A stretch of DNA of 64,000 nucleotides, taken from Tubiluchus corallicola. Lineage: Eukaryota; Animalia; Priapulida. Every line of letters begins with the position of its first letter. Positions within the stretch are counted from its first letter, which is position 1. The DNA is taken from assembly GCA_030141605.1 (NCBI GenBank), contig JAQGDQ010000413.1, positions 141,283-205,282 of the forward strand. Reading direction: 5' to 3'. Positions 18,915 to 32,742 of the stretch are shown piece by piece. The position numbers were made by a program, and so were the translations under genes. Under the pieces are notes generated by a model, which had not been told where the DNA came from, ran no database searches, and worked only from the letters and a program-made list of their open reading frames with translations.

Positions 18915-19769
18915 TAGCCGGCTCACTGTATTCGGTTAAACAGTAAGACTCTAAACGCTGCATTGTGAGCGCTAAATTGCCACTTCTTGACAGAAATTAT
19001 TTAAATTAAAAGAAACTGCGTATATGCTCTGTGAATACATCGCATAAAGCGCCACCTACAACGATGACTCTTCTGGGTACAGCACAATGCGACCCACTCT
19101 CGTCACTACTCTTCAAACTGTTTGCGTTTTACTTCATACACACGATTACATTGTGATTTTTTCCCTTCGCGGTTACTGCAAATACTGGAGGTTGCCAGAC
19201 AATGGAAGCCCTGAGCCACTTGTATAAACATGTTCTGTTTCTTCTTCTGATGGGAATCCGGCGTGTGTTACCAGCGTCTGGGACAGACCCTGACGAGTGT
19301 CCAATAACTGCCGTTATTATGTTTGATAATATTCCATCTTTGTTGGCAAGGATCGTTGGGTTTACTTAATGTAATTAGCATGGCAATTGGCTACTGGACA
19401 ATAGGCCTTTACCAGGTTTTAGAATGCTCGCTCCTAGGTAGCGTTTCTCATTACGCCTTTGCCTACTTAATTAAAAACAAATATTTAAGGTTTGATGTCA
19501 AAATACTCCCGTTAAATATGTGTACATGCGTTCACCTGAGTACATATTAGGGCCTCGTGAAAGATGCTTAGGAAAAGATAGATCACCACAGCTCGTGAAT
19601 TAGCTGTTCAAACATAATAACGATGACATTTTACAATAGTTACTAAATGATGGAAAATAGATTTAATGGTTCATGTATATCTCCTTTATCAATACACTAG
19701 TCTTACAATAATACTATAAAATATATAATGATGATATGCCTAGTGATGGGTAATATAATTTATATGTCT

Positions 19770-20000
19770 GTTAAAACTCTTAAAGTGAAAGAAATATATG
19801 ACATGTATTGTCTTCATTTCATGTATCAGTATCATAATTCACTACTTCCACCAACTTTTCAATCATATTTCAGTCCAGTTTCAAATCAACATGATCATTA
19901 CACAAGATATTCAGTCGGAAACTATGTACTCCCTCTTCCAAAAACAAATATAATGAAACAGTCATCAAAATATAATGCTATTAAAATATGGTCATCACAT
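19770..20000 (+). mobile_element. Crack/L2-type LINE ORF2 C-terminal remnant
   Basis: Translation LKVKEIY...FMYQYHNSLLPPTFQSYF...HDHYTR...YNAIKIW. Confidence 0.7.
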
Positions 20001-20255
20001 ATATGGAACACATACAGTAACATTAACAAAATGAATTAGGCCAAAATATAAAGAAAAGAAAAAAAATCACAGACACTGTATCAAAAGAACAACACAAACT
20101 AATTATGTAGTATAATCCTCTAAGATGAGACACTGGACACTTCAGTTGCTTTAGCCACATTCTGTATGCATAGACTTATACTATACCAAATGTTGATGCC
20201 GTTATGGGGATATGTCACATAATGAGAGATGTGAGTGGCAGTGTGGCATTCAAAA

Positions 20256-20305
20256 ATCCCCATGGAGGTCACCCATTCATTTACTAGTCAGGCTCGTCGT
20301 TCTAA
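20256..20305 (-). pseudogene. Degraded 5S rRNA-derived fragment (3' half)
   Basis: Aligns with 50230-50280 (GGTCACCCAT...TACTA...CAGGCTC). Confidence 0.5.
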
Positions 20306-21399
20306 GCCAAGCATATCGTGACCACTCAGCTGTTTCTCATTTCTTAAACATGATGGAATCTCATCAAGATTGATTTAACTTCATATAATCTCCGATTTGT
20401 TGCTTTAATGCCTGTTTGTCACGTTTTGCTGCAGCGGTTTGTTCTTCATTTTCTTACAACTCAGAGACGTAGGACTGTTGAACAAAACTCTAGGACAAAG
20501 TAATTTGTTGTAACATTATCTCTATTCTCCGTAAGCGTGAAAAAGCCAGGTAAATTACGAGAAATGTGACCGGAAAAACACATGCAGACGAAATAAAATT
20601 TCCTCACACCTGTATCATTAACGCAGACGCTATTGTTAGATAATGCACGTATCAAACTAAGCACAAATCACACCTCATACAAGACGTGATAATTCAATAA
20701 GGTTATTAGCAATTAATGTATCGGAGATGAATGGGCCCTCATCTAAACTGATTTACCTTTTCAATGCGAGATCTGCTTAATCACCAGCCGCTGTTATTTT
20801 GGTTTCATTTTCGCAGCCGTCAAAAGAGCACTCTCGTTGGAGAACCCGGCCAGGTATAGACAATGACATTATGCAGATGTGGCCGCACGCAACCTGGGGA
20901 GAACCATAATGGTTATGATTGCATAGACAGCATGCAATAATTGTTCAGTTAGGAATAATTCTTTACTAAATCGGGAGCTCAACTGTTGCAATTAGGCGTG
21001 AACAGTGTGTGCTCGGGGTGTCAATTTGCGTGCGCTGTGCAGGCGCGTGCTGCTACATCTGCATACCTGATTTAGGCACAGAATGGTTTTGCGTGAAAAT
21101 CGGAAATTAATATTAATTCAGCGCCTTTAAACACAGTTTTTCTTGCCGTTGCCGTAACAGTGTACAACCGTGACCTTCAGTAGTTGTGAAGTAAGATCCA
21201 TGTTGCATAGGCTCCCTATCACAACACTTGTAACCTGTAGATTATTAACACATTGAAGTAGCCAATTAGCAACGGTTTCTCATTAATACATTTAATCTAT
21301 GTTTACAGGCTACCCGCCAGTTTACTAGCGTAGTTCATTACCTGTGAGTTGCTGTAGTCAACGTGTTAATCAAAGCAGTTAACACATTATAACAGGTAA

Positions 21400-22469
21400 C
21401 ATTTCCATATATTCCTTTCCTTTTATTCATTCATTCATTCGTTCGTTCGTTCGTTCATTCGTTCGTTCATTCGTTCATTTATTCATTCGTTCATTCGTTC
21501 ATTCGTTCATTCATTCATTCATTCATTCGTTCATTCGTTCATTCGTTCATTCGTTCATTCATTCATTCATTCATTCATTCATTCATTCATTCATTCATTC
21601 ATTCATTCATTCGTTCGTTCGTTCGTTCGTTCATTTATTCATTCGTTCATTCGTTCATTCGTTCATACATTCGTTCCTTCATTCGTTCATTTGTTTGTTC
21701 ATTCGTTCGTTCGTTCGTTCGTTCGTTCATTTATTCATTTATTTATTTATTCATTTATTCGTTTGTTCATTCGATCATTCGTTCATTCGTTCATTTATTC
21801 ATTTATTTATTTATTCATTCGTTTATTCATTCATTTATTCACTGATTCAATCATTTATTAATTTATTTGGAGTGAACGAACTGTAAAAGATCAAAAGAAT
21901 GAATGAATGAACGAATGGGAGAAAAAATGAAGAAAAAAGGAGACAGAGAAGAGCGAAAGGAAGCAGGAAGGAAGAGAATATAGAAAAATTAATTATAGAG
22001 ATAGCAAATTAATAATCTATTAGTTAAACATTTGTGTTCGTAGTTTATCAGTTAATCCGTCAGTTAGTATGCATGTAAGTCAGCCAGCCATTTGGTTGGT
22101 CAGTTGATCGGTCGGCTGGTCGATCAACCAGTCACTCAGTTCGTCATTTAGTCGATTAGCCAGTCAGTTAGAAGAATTGCAATAGCACGGTTATAACAAA
22201 ACGATATAGTATATATAGTAGTTGAGTGAATGAATGAATGAATGAATGAACGAACGAGTGAACGAATGAACAAATGAATAAATGAATGAAGGAACGAACG
22301 AACGAACGAACGAACGAACGAACGAACGAACGAACGAACGAACGAACGAACGAACGAACGAACGAACGAACGAACGAATGAACGAATGAACGAATGAACG
22401 AATGAATGAATGAATGAATGAATGAATGAATGAGTGAATGGATGAATGAATGAACGAACGAAAGAACGA

Positions 22470-22500
<31 letters not shown>

Positions 22501-22536
22501 AACGAATGAATAAAGGGAAACGAATATATGGAAATG
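21400..22536. repeat. Inverted pair of (TTCA/TTCG)n tracts sharing a unique outer ~30-bp flank
   Basis: CATTTCCATATATTCCTTTCCTTTTATTCATTC at 21400 matches the reverse complement of 22504-22536 with 2 mismatches. Confidence 0.85.
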
Positions 22537-22550
22537 GAAATGATTGAATA

Positions 22551-22589
<39 letters not shown>

Positions 22590-24029
22590 CGAATATAGCG
22601 TATAGTTTCTGGCATAGCTACTGCTACTGTTTCTTCTCCTTGACGGTGGCGCCGCCCTTGTGGAGCAGTCAATTATATCGATATGCAGTAGGGATGATGT
22701 AAGACGACCGAGCAGCTGTTAAATTGCGCTGACAATGAAAAAGTTGTTTTGAGAATTTCTCGCCAACCAATCTTGATGACTGTTATGTAGCCAGCCATTG
22801 TCAACGGTGCTTACCAACCGCGGCAATTGAAAAGCGAACATGGAAACTACATTACAGGTCATCTACTAGTATTGACCCATCTATGCAAGAACATATTTAA
22901 AGCCTGTATAGCAAACGCTTTCACCAAACTACAATCGAACTTACATGTAAACTTGTTGCGGGGTATTAAATCGTTCAACTCGCATAGTGCTATTGATCAG
23001 ATTTCGGTTATTACCAATAAAGCTAGTGGTTTTACAAGAAAAGCTCCGTGTCTTACAACTTGGGACCCAATTCCATCTGCCGAGGCTTGGAGCTTAGAAG
23101 CCATTGTTAGTGCTCCTCGGCCGACAGCTCTGCTGAACAATAGCCAGCATTTACAGAAGCAAGCTGGAAGGTTTAGCTCTGCTTTGGAACATTGGCCACT
23201 CAATTGGCGCTAGATTTCAGTGCACTAATGGATGTATTGTGGCCTATCAACGGCTTGGTTACCCTTAGTTCAACTGCAGCTCGAGACAAACGCAACTGCA
23301 ATATCTAACGTCTTGGCTATAGAGATCCTAGACAGAAACACAAAACTAAAATGGGTGAAATTAAACGATAAAAAATCGATATATTTCATGGTAGCAAGTT
23401 TACTTTAACATTTAATCACTTTATTCATAGAAACTTTTCATTCCCGTTCGTATAACTACCAGCCTCCTACTACGATGAGTCTGCCCCTCTTCCCCCTTTT
23501 GCCCCTTTCGCATAATGGCTAGTTGTAGACGGTCACGCTTATGTACTAAAGAATGAATGGAAAACGCCCAAACTTCCATTTTTGGTATAATATTAATGTG
23601 AGGAAATGCCCCTCGATGCTTTTAACTGCAGCAATATTCGCAGACTCTTCTTCTGCATTTGCTCAGGATTGGTCATCGGGACAAAGAAATTCGACTTATG
23701 GTGTTTCAACAATATGCGTTTCTTTTCAGCTCAATGGCCGAACATGACCATGTGGTTAATGATGTAAATACGCAAATTTCAATAGCTATATAGTTTTTGA
23801 AATTTCTATGGAAGGGAGTAATACAATAAGTAAAGTCGAACCACGATAGCGTTGCCCCTAGCAATGTAGTAAACTAAACAAAAGTCCAACCCCTATACAT
23901 GGGCTTTTAGACGGAAATGCGCTCTGTAATGCAAGCACCAAAAATTATGACTAATGAAATTTTCGCGGGTTTTGTACTATTAATGTTTTACGTAATAACT
24001 CCTAATAAGGAAAGCAAAATCAATCAGCA

Positions 24030-24460
24030 AATTTGTTAGTCGCACAGTTAGTCAGTCGGTCAAATGGTTGGTCAATGGTCAGTCAGTTAATTAGTCAGTC
24101 AGTCAGTCAGTCAGTCAGTCAGTCAGTCAGTCAGTCAGTCAGTCAGTCAGTTATATAGTGAATCAGTCAACTAGTTTGTTAATCGCACAGTTAGTCAGTC
24201 AGTCAGTCAGTCAGTCAGTCAGTCAGGCAGTCTGTCAGTTATTTAGTGAGTCAGTCAAATAGTTTGTCAGTCGCACAGTTAGTCAGTTAGTTGGTGTGTC
24301 AGTCAGTCAGCAAGATGGTCGGTCGGATAATCAGTCAGTCAGTCAGTCAGTTATTTAGTGAATCAGTCAACTAGTTTGTTAGTCGCACAGGTAATCAGTT
24401 GGATAGTTGGTGTGTCAGTCAGTCAGCAAGGTGGTCGGTCGGTTAGTCAGTCAGTCAAGG
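24030..24460. repeat. (GTCA)n tracts interleaved with 4 copies of a TTTGTTAGTCGCACAG module
   Basis: Modules near 24033, 24175, 24263 and 24375. Confidence 0.85.
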
Positions 24461-25656
24461 TATTCATCAATTACCGAACAACAAATGAGTTTATGAATAT
24501 TTTACCAGTTTCAACGGCTTCTAAACTGTTAAACTGAGATGCATATTGCAACGTAACGTAACGCAGTGTAATGTAATAGAGTGTAATATAATTTAGCGTA
24601 AGCTATTGCATTTTGATGTTCTGCATGCAAAGTAATGTAATGGTAAAGTAATACATGTTTCTCGTGTATGAACATGATGATGATGACAACATATCAGCTG
24701 CTTATATTAGTGATTTATGTAACGCCTATTCAAGAATTTCAGTTTAATTTAGCAACGCAGAAAATGCTTAGGGCACAAAATATCGAAATAGCTTTATTAA
24801 AATAAAAAAAACCCTTACATGTTGCACCTGCATTTCTGTAGAGAATTGGAACGTATAATGGGTCAGAAATCATCGTACCCATACACTTTTTGTTGCACTG
24901 CCCATTGTATTAACAAACTAGAATTGTTAAGTTTGATAAATTAAATGAAATACTTCTGCCTGAAAACCTTAGCATAGCTCCTTAGGAACTAATGATCTGT
25001 TGAAGTTGTTATTATTCGGAAAAGATGAATTAAATAGTCTTAAATATTCGTACATTCATATTTTCTAACCGTCATTTTCTACTAATGTCTAATGTAATCT
25101 TGTAGTAAAACTTGTCAGCTTGTGTAGTTATAGTTTATTCTTACTGTAAATGTTTTTGTAAATAGTGTATAAAGTCTGTTGTGGTGAGGATCCTAAATCA
25201 TGTTGTTCAAACTGTCTGATCCAATCCTAAATAAATTGTGTTTAAACTTAAACTTACACACCAGTTCTGTTTATTACTACTGTAACAGTGGTGTGACGTT
25301 GCGATTTTGAAATTTGTGTTAGCGGTTTTAGAGTCATCTATTCAATAAATGTTCATTTCATTTCTTTTTCCTTCTTCTTTAATTGTTTCTAGTGCAGCAT
25401 TCTGTTGCTACAGTTTTGTTACACCTATATTAGTTTTCCATTCTAATGTGTTTAATTTTTTTGTAAACTGCATATAAATGTCCTGCTCATGTCACAAATC
25501 TGCCACAGTGTTCCTAATTAAGACTTCAGTATTATTTAAGAGTGAGGGATGGATGCTCAGTGACTTGTCTCTCTTACTAATTATGTAATCCCATATTAAC
25601 TTTTTTTCTTAAATATGAAGCAATATAATTTCATTTCAATTCTTCACGCTCCAGTT

Positions 25657-26157
25657 TTCTCTTCTCTTCTCTTCTCTTCTCTTCTCTTCTCTTCTCTTCT
25701 CTTCTCTTCTCTTCTCTTCTCTTCTCTTCTCTTCTCTTCTCTTCTCTTCTCTTCATTTTCTTCTCTTTGTTTTCCCCTTTCTCTGCTCCCTCCACTCTCT
25801 TCCCTTCATTCCATTCCGTTTCCTTCCTTTTTGATCCATCCATCCATCCATCCATCCATCCATCATCCATCCATCCATCCATCCATCCATCCATCCATCC
25901 ATCCATCCATCCATCCATCCATCCATCCATCCATCCATCCATCTGTCCATACATGATCCATTCGTCGTCAATTAGTCAGTCAGTCAGTCAGTCAGTCCGT
26001 CCGTCCATCCGTCCATCCGTCCATCCGTCCATCCGTCCATCCATCCATCCATCCATCCATCCATCCATCCATCCATCCATCCATCCATCCATCCATCCAT
26101 CCATCCATCCATCCATCCATCCATCCATCCATCCATCCATATATATCCATCCATCCA
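25657..26157. repeat. (TCTTC)n and (CCAT)n microsatellites
   Basis: Direct. Confidence 0.95.
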
Positions 26158-26614
26158 TTTCTTTCTCTCTCTTTTTCTTTCTTCTTGAGCTCTTTTCTCC
26201 TTCCTCCTTTGCTTTTCTCTCTCGCTCTTTTACTCATCACCATCCCTCTTGGATTAAATAAACCTCAGTCGGTTTATTTTTGTTAGTAAAGTTAACTCAA
26301 TTATGTTTAATGAAAACATGGCGAAATAGAATGAAAATATGAACAAGCAGGTGCACCAACAGCCCATTATTTTGTTTATTAAATTCGACCGAGTTGAAAT
26401 GAAATTTCACGCCAGGTGTTTCACAATGTCAGCATCTAATCTATTGTAACTGGTTTTGTCATTTTAACTCTTTTGCTTAGTGATAAAAATCTTTAGTTTT
26501 CGCTTTATATGCTTACACCTTAACGTACAACGGAACCACTACTGATAATCAGAAGATATTACGACACTTCTTTCTCAATTTAATTATAAATTTATAGGGG
26601 TTGCCTTTAAATTT

Positions 26615-27214
26615 GCCTTCCTTTGCAAATCCCATTACAGCAAATCCTAAACATTACTTTACAAGGTTCAACAGATATCATGTCCCTTACTGTCGTACTA
26701 ATAGTGCCAGGCACTTTACTAAATTCACAGCCCCCAATAACTGGAATAAAATAAGTGCCCAAGTAAAAATACACAAAACTGTTTATAGTTTCAAAAAGTA
26801 CTTGAAAAGGACCATTTTTGATTCATACTTATAATACAATTTTAATGCATCCATCTCTCATGCAGTCGCAATATATGGCCTCCAATCAATTATAATGCTA
26901 TTTTAATATTCCTCTATGTAAATTAAACATACACTGTGGTCGTTTCTTCTCCTCCCTTCCTTCTTCCTATCCCTAATCTTACTATTTTTTCCATTCCATC
27001 ATGTCTACTAACCCTAACCATTCTTTAATTCACTCATTTGTGCCACTTTAACAAGCCAAGCTTTCAAGGTGTCATACAGCAACTCTTTTATTTTGTTAAT
27101 TTGACTTCATCAACGTTTTTTACCTATACTGTTTCTTTTTGTTTCAATAATATTGTATGTTGATGTATTGTGTATGTATTACTGGAGTGAAATAAATTGA
27201 TTGATTGATTGATG
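26615..27214 (+). mobile_element. 5'-truncated CR1/L2/Crack-type LINE (family B) with (TTGA)n tail
   Basis: ORF end HYFTR...CRTNSARHFTKFTAPNNWNKI...SFKKYLK. The 3' UTR matches 54155-54420. Flanked by 85-bp direct repeats. Confidence 0.85.
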
Positions 27215-27733
27215 ACGGAACTACTAGTGATAATCAGAAGATATTACGACACTTGTTTCTCAATTTAATTATAAATTTACAGGAGTTGCCTCTAAATTTT
27301 AATAGCAGTAATATGGCAGTGTATTGACATTGTGATTACGTGATTCTCATAGGAAGCTTTCCGCTGTTATTTCGTTTAAATTTTAAAATTGAAAAGGCAC
27401 GTTATTGATTTTAATCACCATTAAGATTAACATAATAGTGATGCACCGGTATCTTGTCCGTCCAGTGGCTTCCGTTTCTTTATTGTTTCTTCCGGCACCT
27501 GTTTCGTACCCTAATTTCATTTTATGAAAAAATACAGGTAAGATCTAAATTAAATCAACGACGGAAATTTGTTAACAATAAAGAAGCGGCGCTGCATAAT
27601 GTGAGAAAGGTGAGTTTTGGTGATGGATATAGGGCACCTTCAACTCTTGGTTACTAAAGAAATTGACGAAGCGTCCAGGATTTCTCATTTTGCTTCTGAG
27701 AGCACTAGTAAGGCTTATGTTTAGATAATAACA

Positions 27734-28197
<464 letters not shown>

Positions 28198-28365
28198 GTT
28201 AAGATGTACTGCAATGAGTTGCGAATGTTTTCAATTCTGCTAATGCCAACACCGCCACTCCCACTCTACTAATGACGTCTCATTTCAAATTAAACAAACG
28301 ACAGATTTATGTATCACCATCTATGTAAGTAGTTAAGAGTAAGTACGACTATATTATAAAAAAAT

Positions 28366-28425
28366 AGAAACATTAAGTAAAAGTGATATATATATATTTC
28401 TATATCACTTTTACTTAATGTTTCT
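28366..28425. other. Perfect 25-bp inverted repeat with 10-nt spacer
   Basis: AGAAACATTAAGTAAAAGTGATATA (28366-28390) and its reverse complement (28401-28425). Confidence 0.9.
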
Positions 28426-30224
28426 GTTTTTATCTCACTCTTATGTGTTGTATACATGCTCTGTATTTTTAACACGTGCCAGTTGACTGAATAAGTAAGT
28501 AAATAAATAAGTGAGTAAATAAATAAATAAGTAAGTGAATAAATAAAGAAATAAATAAATAAGTATATAAATAAATAAATAGATAAATAAATATATAATT
28601 ATGATGGGTTGATAGCTTAATAACTGACTTATTATTTTACTGATATACAACCCATTTTGGTCAAGATGGACAAAGTGAATTAGCCATCTAAATAAAATCA
28701 AATATCAGCTCCCACTATACTTGTGCACATAGCCAAACACTCGCGACGCCAAGTATAGATAAAAGCAGCTTGTTTTGCTTAGAAAAGTCTGAGCATTATG
28801 GACTCTATAGATCTCAGTGAGGGCTTGTACACTTTGTATAGTTTGTACACTTATGCACTGTAAATATTTAATGCAAATTTGTACAAGATTTTATGTTTAT
28901 GTGTTGAGCTTGGTTATCTGTATACTAGGTGCTTATAGGCTAAATTTATGAGCTCAGTATATACTTTAGAATAATGTGAGTCGAAGTTGCATACAAACAT
29001 GTAATAAAAACGTCACCCTATAATATAAAAATAATAAACTGCTTACTAAAAAGGAACAAGGAAATTATGTGCTTTAGTAATAATTATGCATTTAAATACA
29101 CGAAAGGGTCAACTTCTAGGAATGAACGTGTTTATTGAGCGAAGATCGTTTTGGCCATTGAAGCCATTATCAAACTATAAATCGAGCCAAAAAGAAGAAT
29201 AAACAATCCATTAATGATACAAAGGTACAAACTGAAGCTACAAAACAACAGATTAGAATTTAACTTATCAAAATAAACGGAATAAATTGTACAAAACAAT
29301 CATACTATTCTATAGGGCAATCGAATTTCGCTTTTTCTCGGTAACACACTACAAACAGTTTTGATTTTTAGTTCTCACTTTTGTTGTCGCACCACAAGCA
29401 GTTGTTTGAAACTCAAGTATTTAATTGTGCATTTGTTGGGAATATTTCATTTTTTGTTTTAACTGCATAATTTTTGTGATATCAATCATATCATTCACTT
29501 ACTTCTGGGTATTTCGCTTTTGCTTATTTCCGTTTTTATTGTTTATCTTGTAAAAAACATTTGTTAATGAGCGTTTAAGTGTATATACAATTATTCACTG
29601 TTTCTTATTCACTTGACTACGGCAAATATGACAAAATTTCGTTTTATGAACAACCCGCTATCTAATAAATTTTATTTCATTTTATTAACGAAATGGATAC
29701 TGCTCTTGTTATAAAGAGTTTAAAAACCCAATGATGAATTTTCTTTTTTTCATTGCAGGATTTTATGTTTCGGGTGACCTGCACTTTAGTAGTACGCCTA
29801 CATTGAAGAATTTATTAAAGCTTTGGTTAATAATAGACGAAATGACTGTACGAAGCCAATACATACGGAAGCCCAAACTGATTATCCATAAAAGGCAATT
29901 CCCTATTTGATTTTCCCTTTCTGTACTCTCTAAACGCATGGTCAATATTTCCACAAAAAGACTAAACAGGGAGAACATTAGTCGGCCTATTTACGCACGT
30001 GCCATTTTCCCCCAGTTACCCACTCGTTATCCGTATTAGTGAAAGGTCTGTGTTGTGATTTGGCAAGCCAATTAATTACGATTATTATTCACGCTAACAC
30101 GTGACAACACGCCTTACCTTATATAGTCAATAACTAACCAATAATGTGATTCAGGTGAGTGTATCTCGACAAGAGACCTTATACATGTATTGTAGAGGCT
30201 TAGGAAGGTATACACAATAATATA

Positions 30225-30797
30225 CAGGGTGTCTATAAAGTGTCTATATTTACAGTTTTAAAAATTTATTACAAAGGCAGTTCACAAGATTTGTTAACTA
30301 GATTTGTTCTAATGTAATCAGTGGTTGTCAAAGTTTTTTTAACTCATTTAATAGACCTCTATATGGACACCATTAGTTGCACGAAGCACGTCAAGACGGA
30401 ACTCGATTTCTTGCCATGAGCATAGCCTCATCAATGATGGCGATGGCATCAAAAATCCTCCTGCTTCAAGTCAATAATCTCCCGTATCTTTGTTCGATAC
30501 ACGACGTCTTTCACATAACCCCATGGATCTCTTCCATACTTAGTTCTGTAGTTTCGCTGAATCTGCACATATTATTAAACCATTATGCACATTGTGCCTT
30601 CTCTCTTGAGGGGTGACCATTTTTGGGGGTTTCAGTTAACAATACCTTCTATCAACAGGAGACCTACATAAAACATTTCAATGTGATCTCAAACTTAAAT
30701 AAACGCTGAATAAAACAAAACAAATCTGTTAAGATATCTTGTCAACTGCCTTTGTAATAAATTTTTAAAATTGTAAACAGACTTTATAGACACCCTG
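30225..30797 (-). mobile_element. Internally deleted Tc1/mariner-superfamily transposon
   Basis: TA TSD at 30223-24 and 30798-99; ~80-bp imperfect TIRs starting CAGGGTGTCTATAAAG. Minus strand keeps transposase N-terminus (MVTPQEKAQC...QRNYRTKYGRDP) joined to C-terminus (WGYVKDVVY...WQEIEFRLDVLRATNGVHIEVY*). Confidence 0.92.
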
Positions 30798-31689
30798 TAT
30801 AAAATTAATTCCATTCTTAAATTTACGATATTTATAAAAATGGAAATCATTTTCATGGTTTACAAATTTATCTTCTTGTGTTTTATATGTCTGTGTACGA
30901 GCGTTTAGCTTGTGCTTTTATAAGTACGTTGCTATTGACAGGAGATATTTTAAAGCAAATGAAAAAGGTTTCAGATAAAGGGGAAAGATTCTGTGAGAAG
31001 TGTACTTATAAGAGATCAGAGAGGGGCAACGTGAAAACTTCTGGCACATGTTTAAGTTTAGGAACGAATGGAAAAATGTCTCAACAGCATTTCTCATAAA
31101 AGTAACGAAAAAAGGTAGCAACCGATTGTACAGTAGAACTCCAACCCCCCCCCCCCCCCCAAGTCGTCAACATTGAGACAGACAATCCGGTTTGTAATCT
31201 GTCAATTTAGTGGAGTCAACTTTTTAGAATTAGAATTTACTGCTAGATTTACCGCAGGTTTAGTTACCAGTTTAATTGTGGATGCGGTACTCCATGGAGG
31301 TCGATCACTGAGATTGGATTTGTAGAAAAGTTGAAAAAGCTGTCTGCACAAATATACTTACTTCATTTCGTAAATTTAATGATGTTATTATGTACAAAGC
31401 AAAGCAACGTCTCTTGGCATTTCCGTAGGTGCCCTCGCTTTAAATGAGGTCGTCAAAGTTTATTTTGGCATTAAAAATTGATCAGGTATAGTGTGCTCCT
31501 GCCATCTACCTGCTAATAATAAAATGAAAAACTCTCGCTGCGGTAAATTTAGCTCTTTCCATGCGACAAGTCACGCATGCGGGTATAATAAGTGCACATT
31601 TTCGACGTTCAGAGATTTAAAAGTTGATCTTGTTGCTGCTTCTTCTTAAATTAAGATACTGAATTTGTGTAACTTTGTGCTCAAAAGAT

Positions 31690-32055
31690 CACTTTACTCC
31701 TATTTCAAATATCCTATGTCGAGCAGCTAAAGTATCATTTTATCAATTTTTCTCAAATCGAGTTGTACCGATTTGGAACTCATTGCCTGAATATGTTGAT
31801 GGTGCAGCCCTCGTAACTGCACAAAATATTAAGTTATTTAAAAACCGCTTATATAAAGTTAACTTGCATAAATTCCTTGTACACAATAGACACATGTAAG
31901 CAGTTAATCTCTTTGTGTGTTTACCCACACTCTTGCAAACATTTTATTTGTATATTTTTTGCCAACCTGTTTTATATATATATATATATATTGTTTTCAT
32001 TGTAGACTGTATTTTACTATTGGGGGTGAATAAACTAAATAAATAAAATAAATTA
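31690..32055 (+). mobile_element. CR1-clade LINE 3' remnant
   Basis: FFSNRVVPIWNSLP...FKNRL; AATAAA-rich tail near 32030-32055. Confidence 0.8.
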
Positions 32056-32463
32056 AATGGTAAACTTGTAAAGCCAAATAAAACAAAACACCATGCCCGT
32101 AAGTTGTGCTTTTTGAACTTTTTTACAGAAACACATTCTTTATTTTGAAGAAGCTATATCGCTGGACCTCGCTTTGTTTTATTTCTTTTTCAAAAGTTAT
32201 ATCATCTGCTCCAGAATTACGCAATCCGTATGCTTTATGCTTAATGGATATTGATGAGATTTCTTGGTTTTTGGACATATGCATGGACAGGAACTTCACC
32301 ACAGAAATTTTGAAAAACTAACAAAATGTGATTGTATAATAATTATTATACCCAGCAGATGCAGTTTTTCAAAAAACTATTCTTATCTGAGACGTGTAAC
32401 AAAACAGTTTTTCGACACGTGTTTTCTAAATACACGCTATTATTGAAGGACTATATATACTGC

Positions 32464-32742
32464 AACCCAACATACGTAAACGATAATATATATTCATCCA
32501 CAAAGTTTATTTACCCACGTCCATTTTAAATTATATGTATATATTGTATGTAGTCTATTATAATTTGCGTGTAACATTATAATGTATATTTTGTTTTAAA
32601 TTTTTGGCACAGTAGTTTTTAGTTTGCACTGGACGCATTTGCCTTTAACAGTTGTGTGAATTTTATTCTCATGCTGCGATGTTCTTTTATGCTTTTATAG
32701 TTATGAATATCGATTTTGTTATGGCAAATAAAGATTATTATT
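32464..32742 (+). mobile_element. LINE family A 3' end (copy 3), followed by (TA)n
   Basis: Near-identical to 4358-4630; ends ...FIYPRPF*. Confidence 0.88.
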
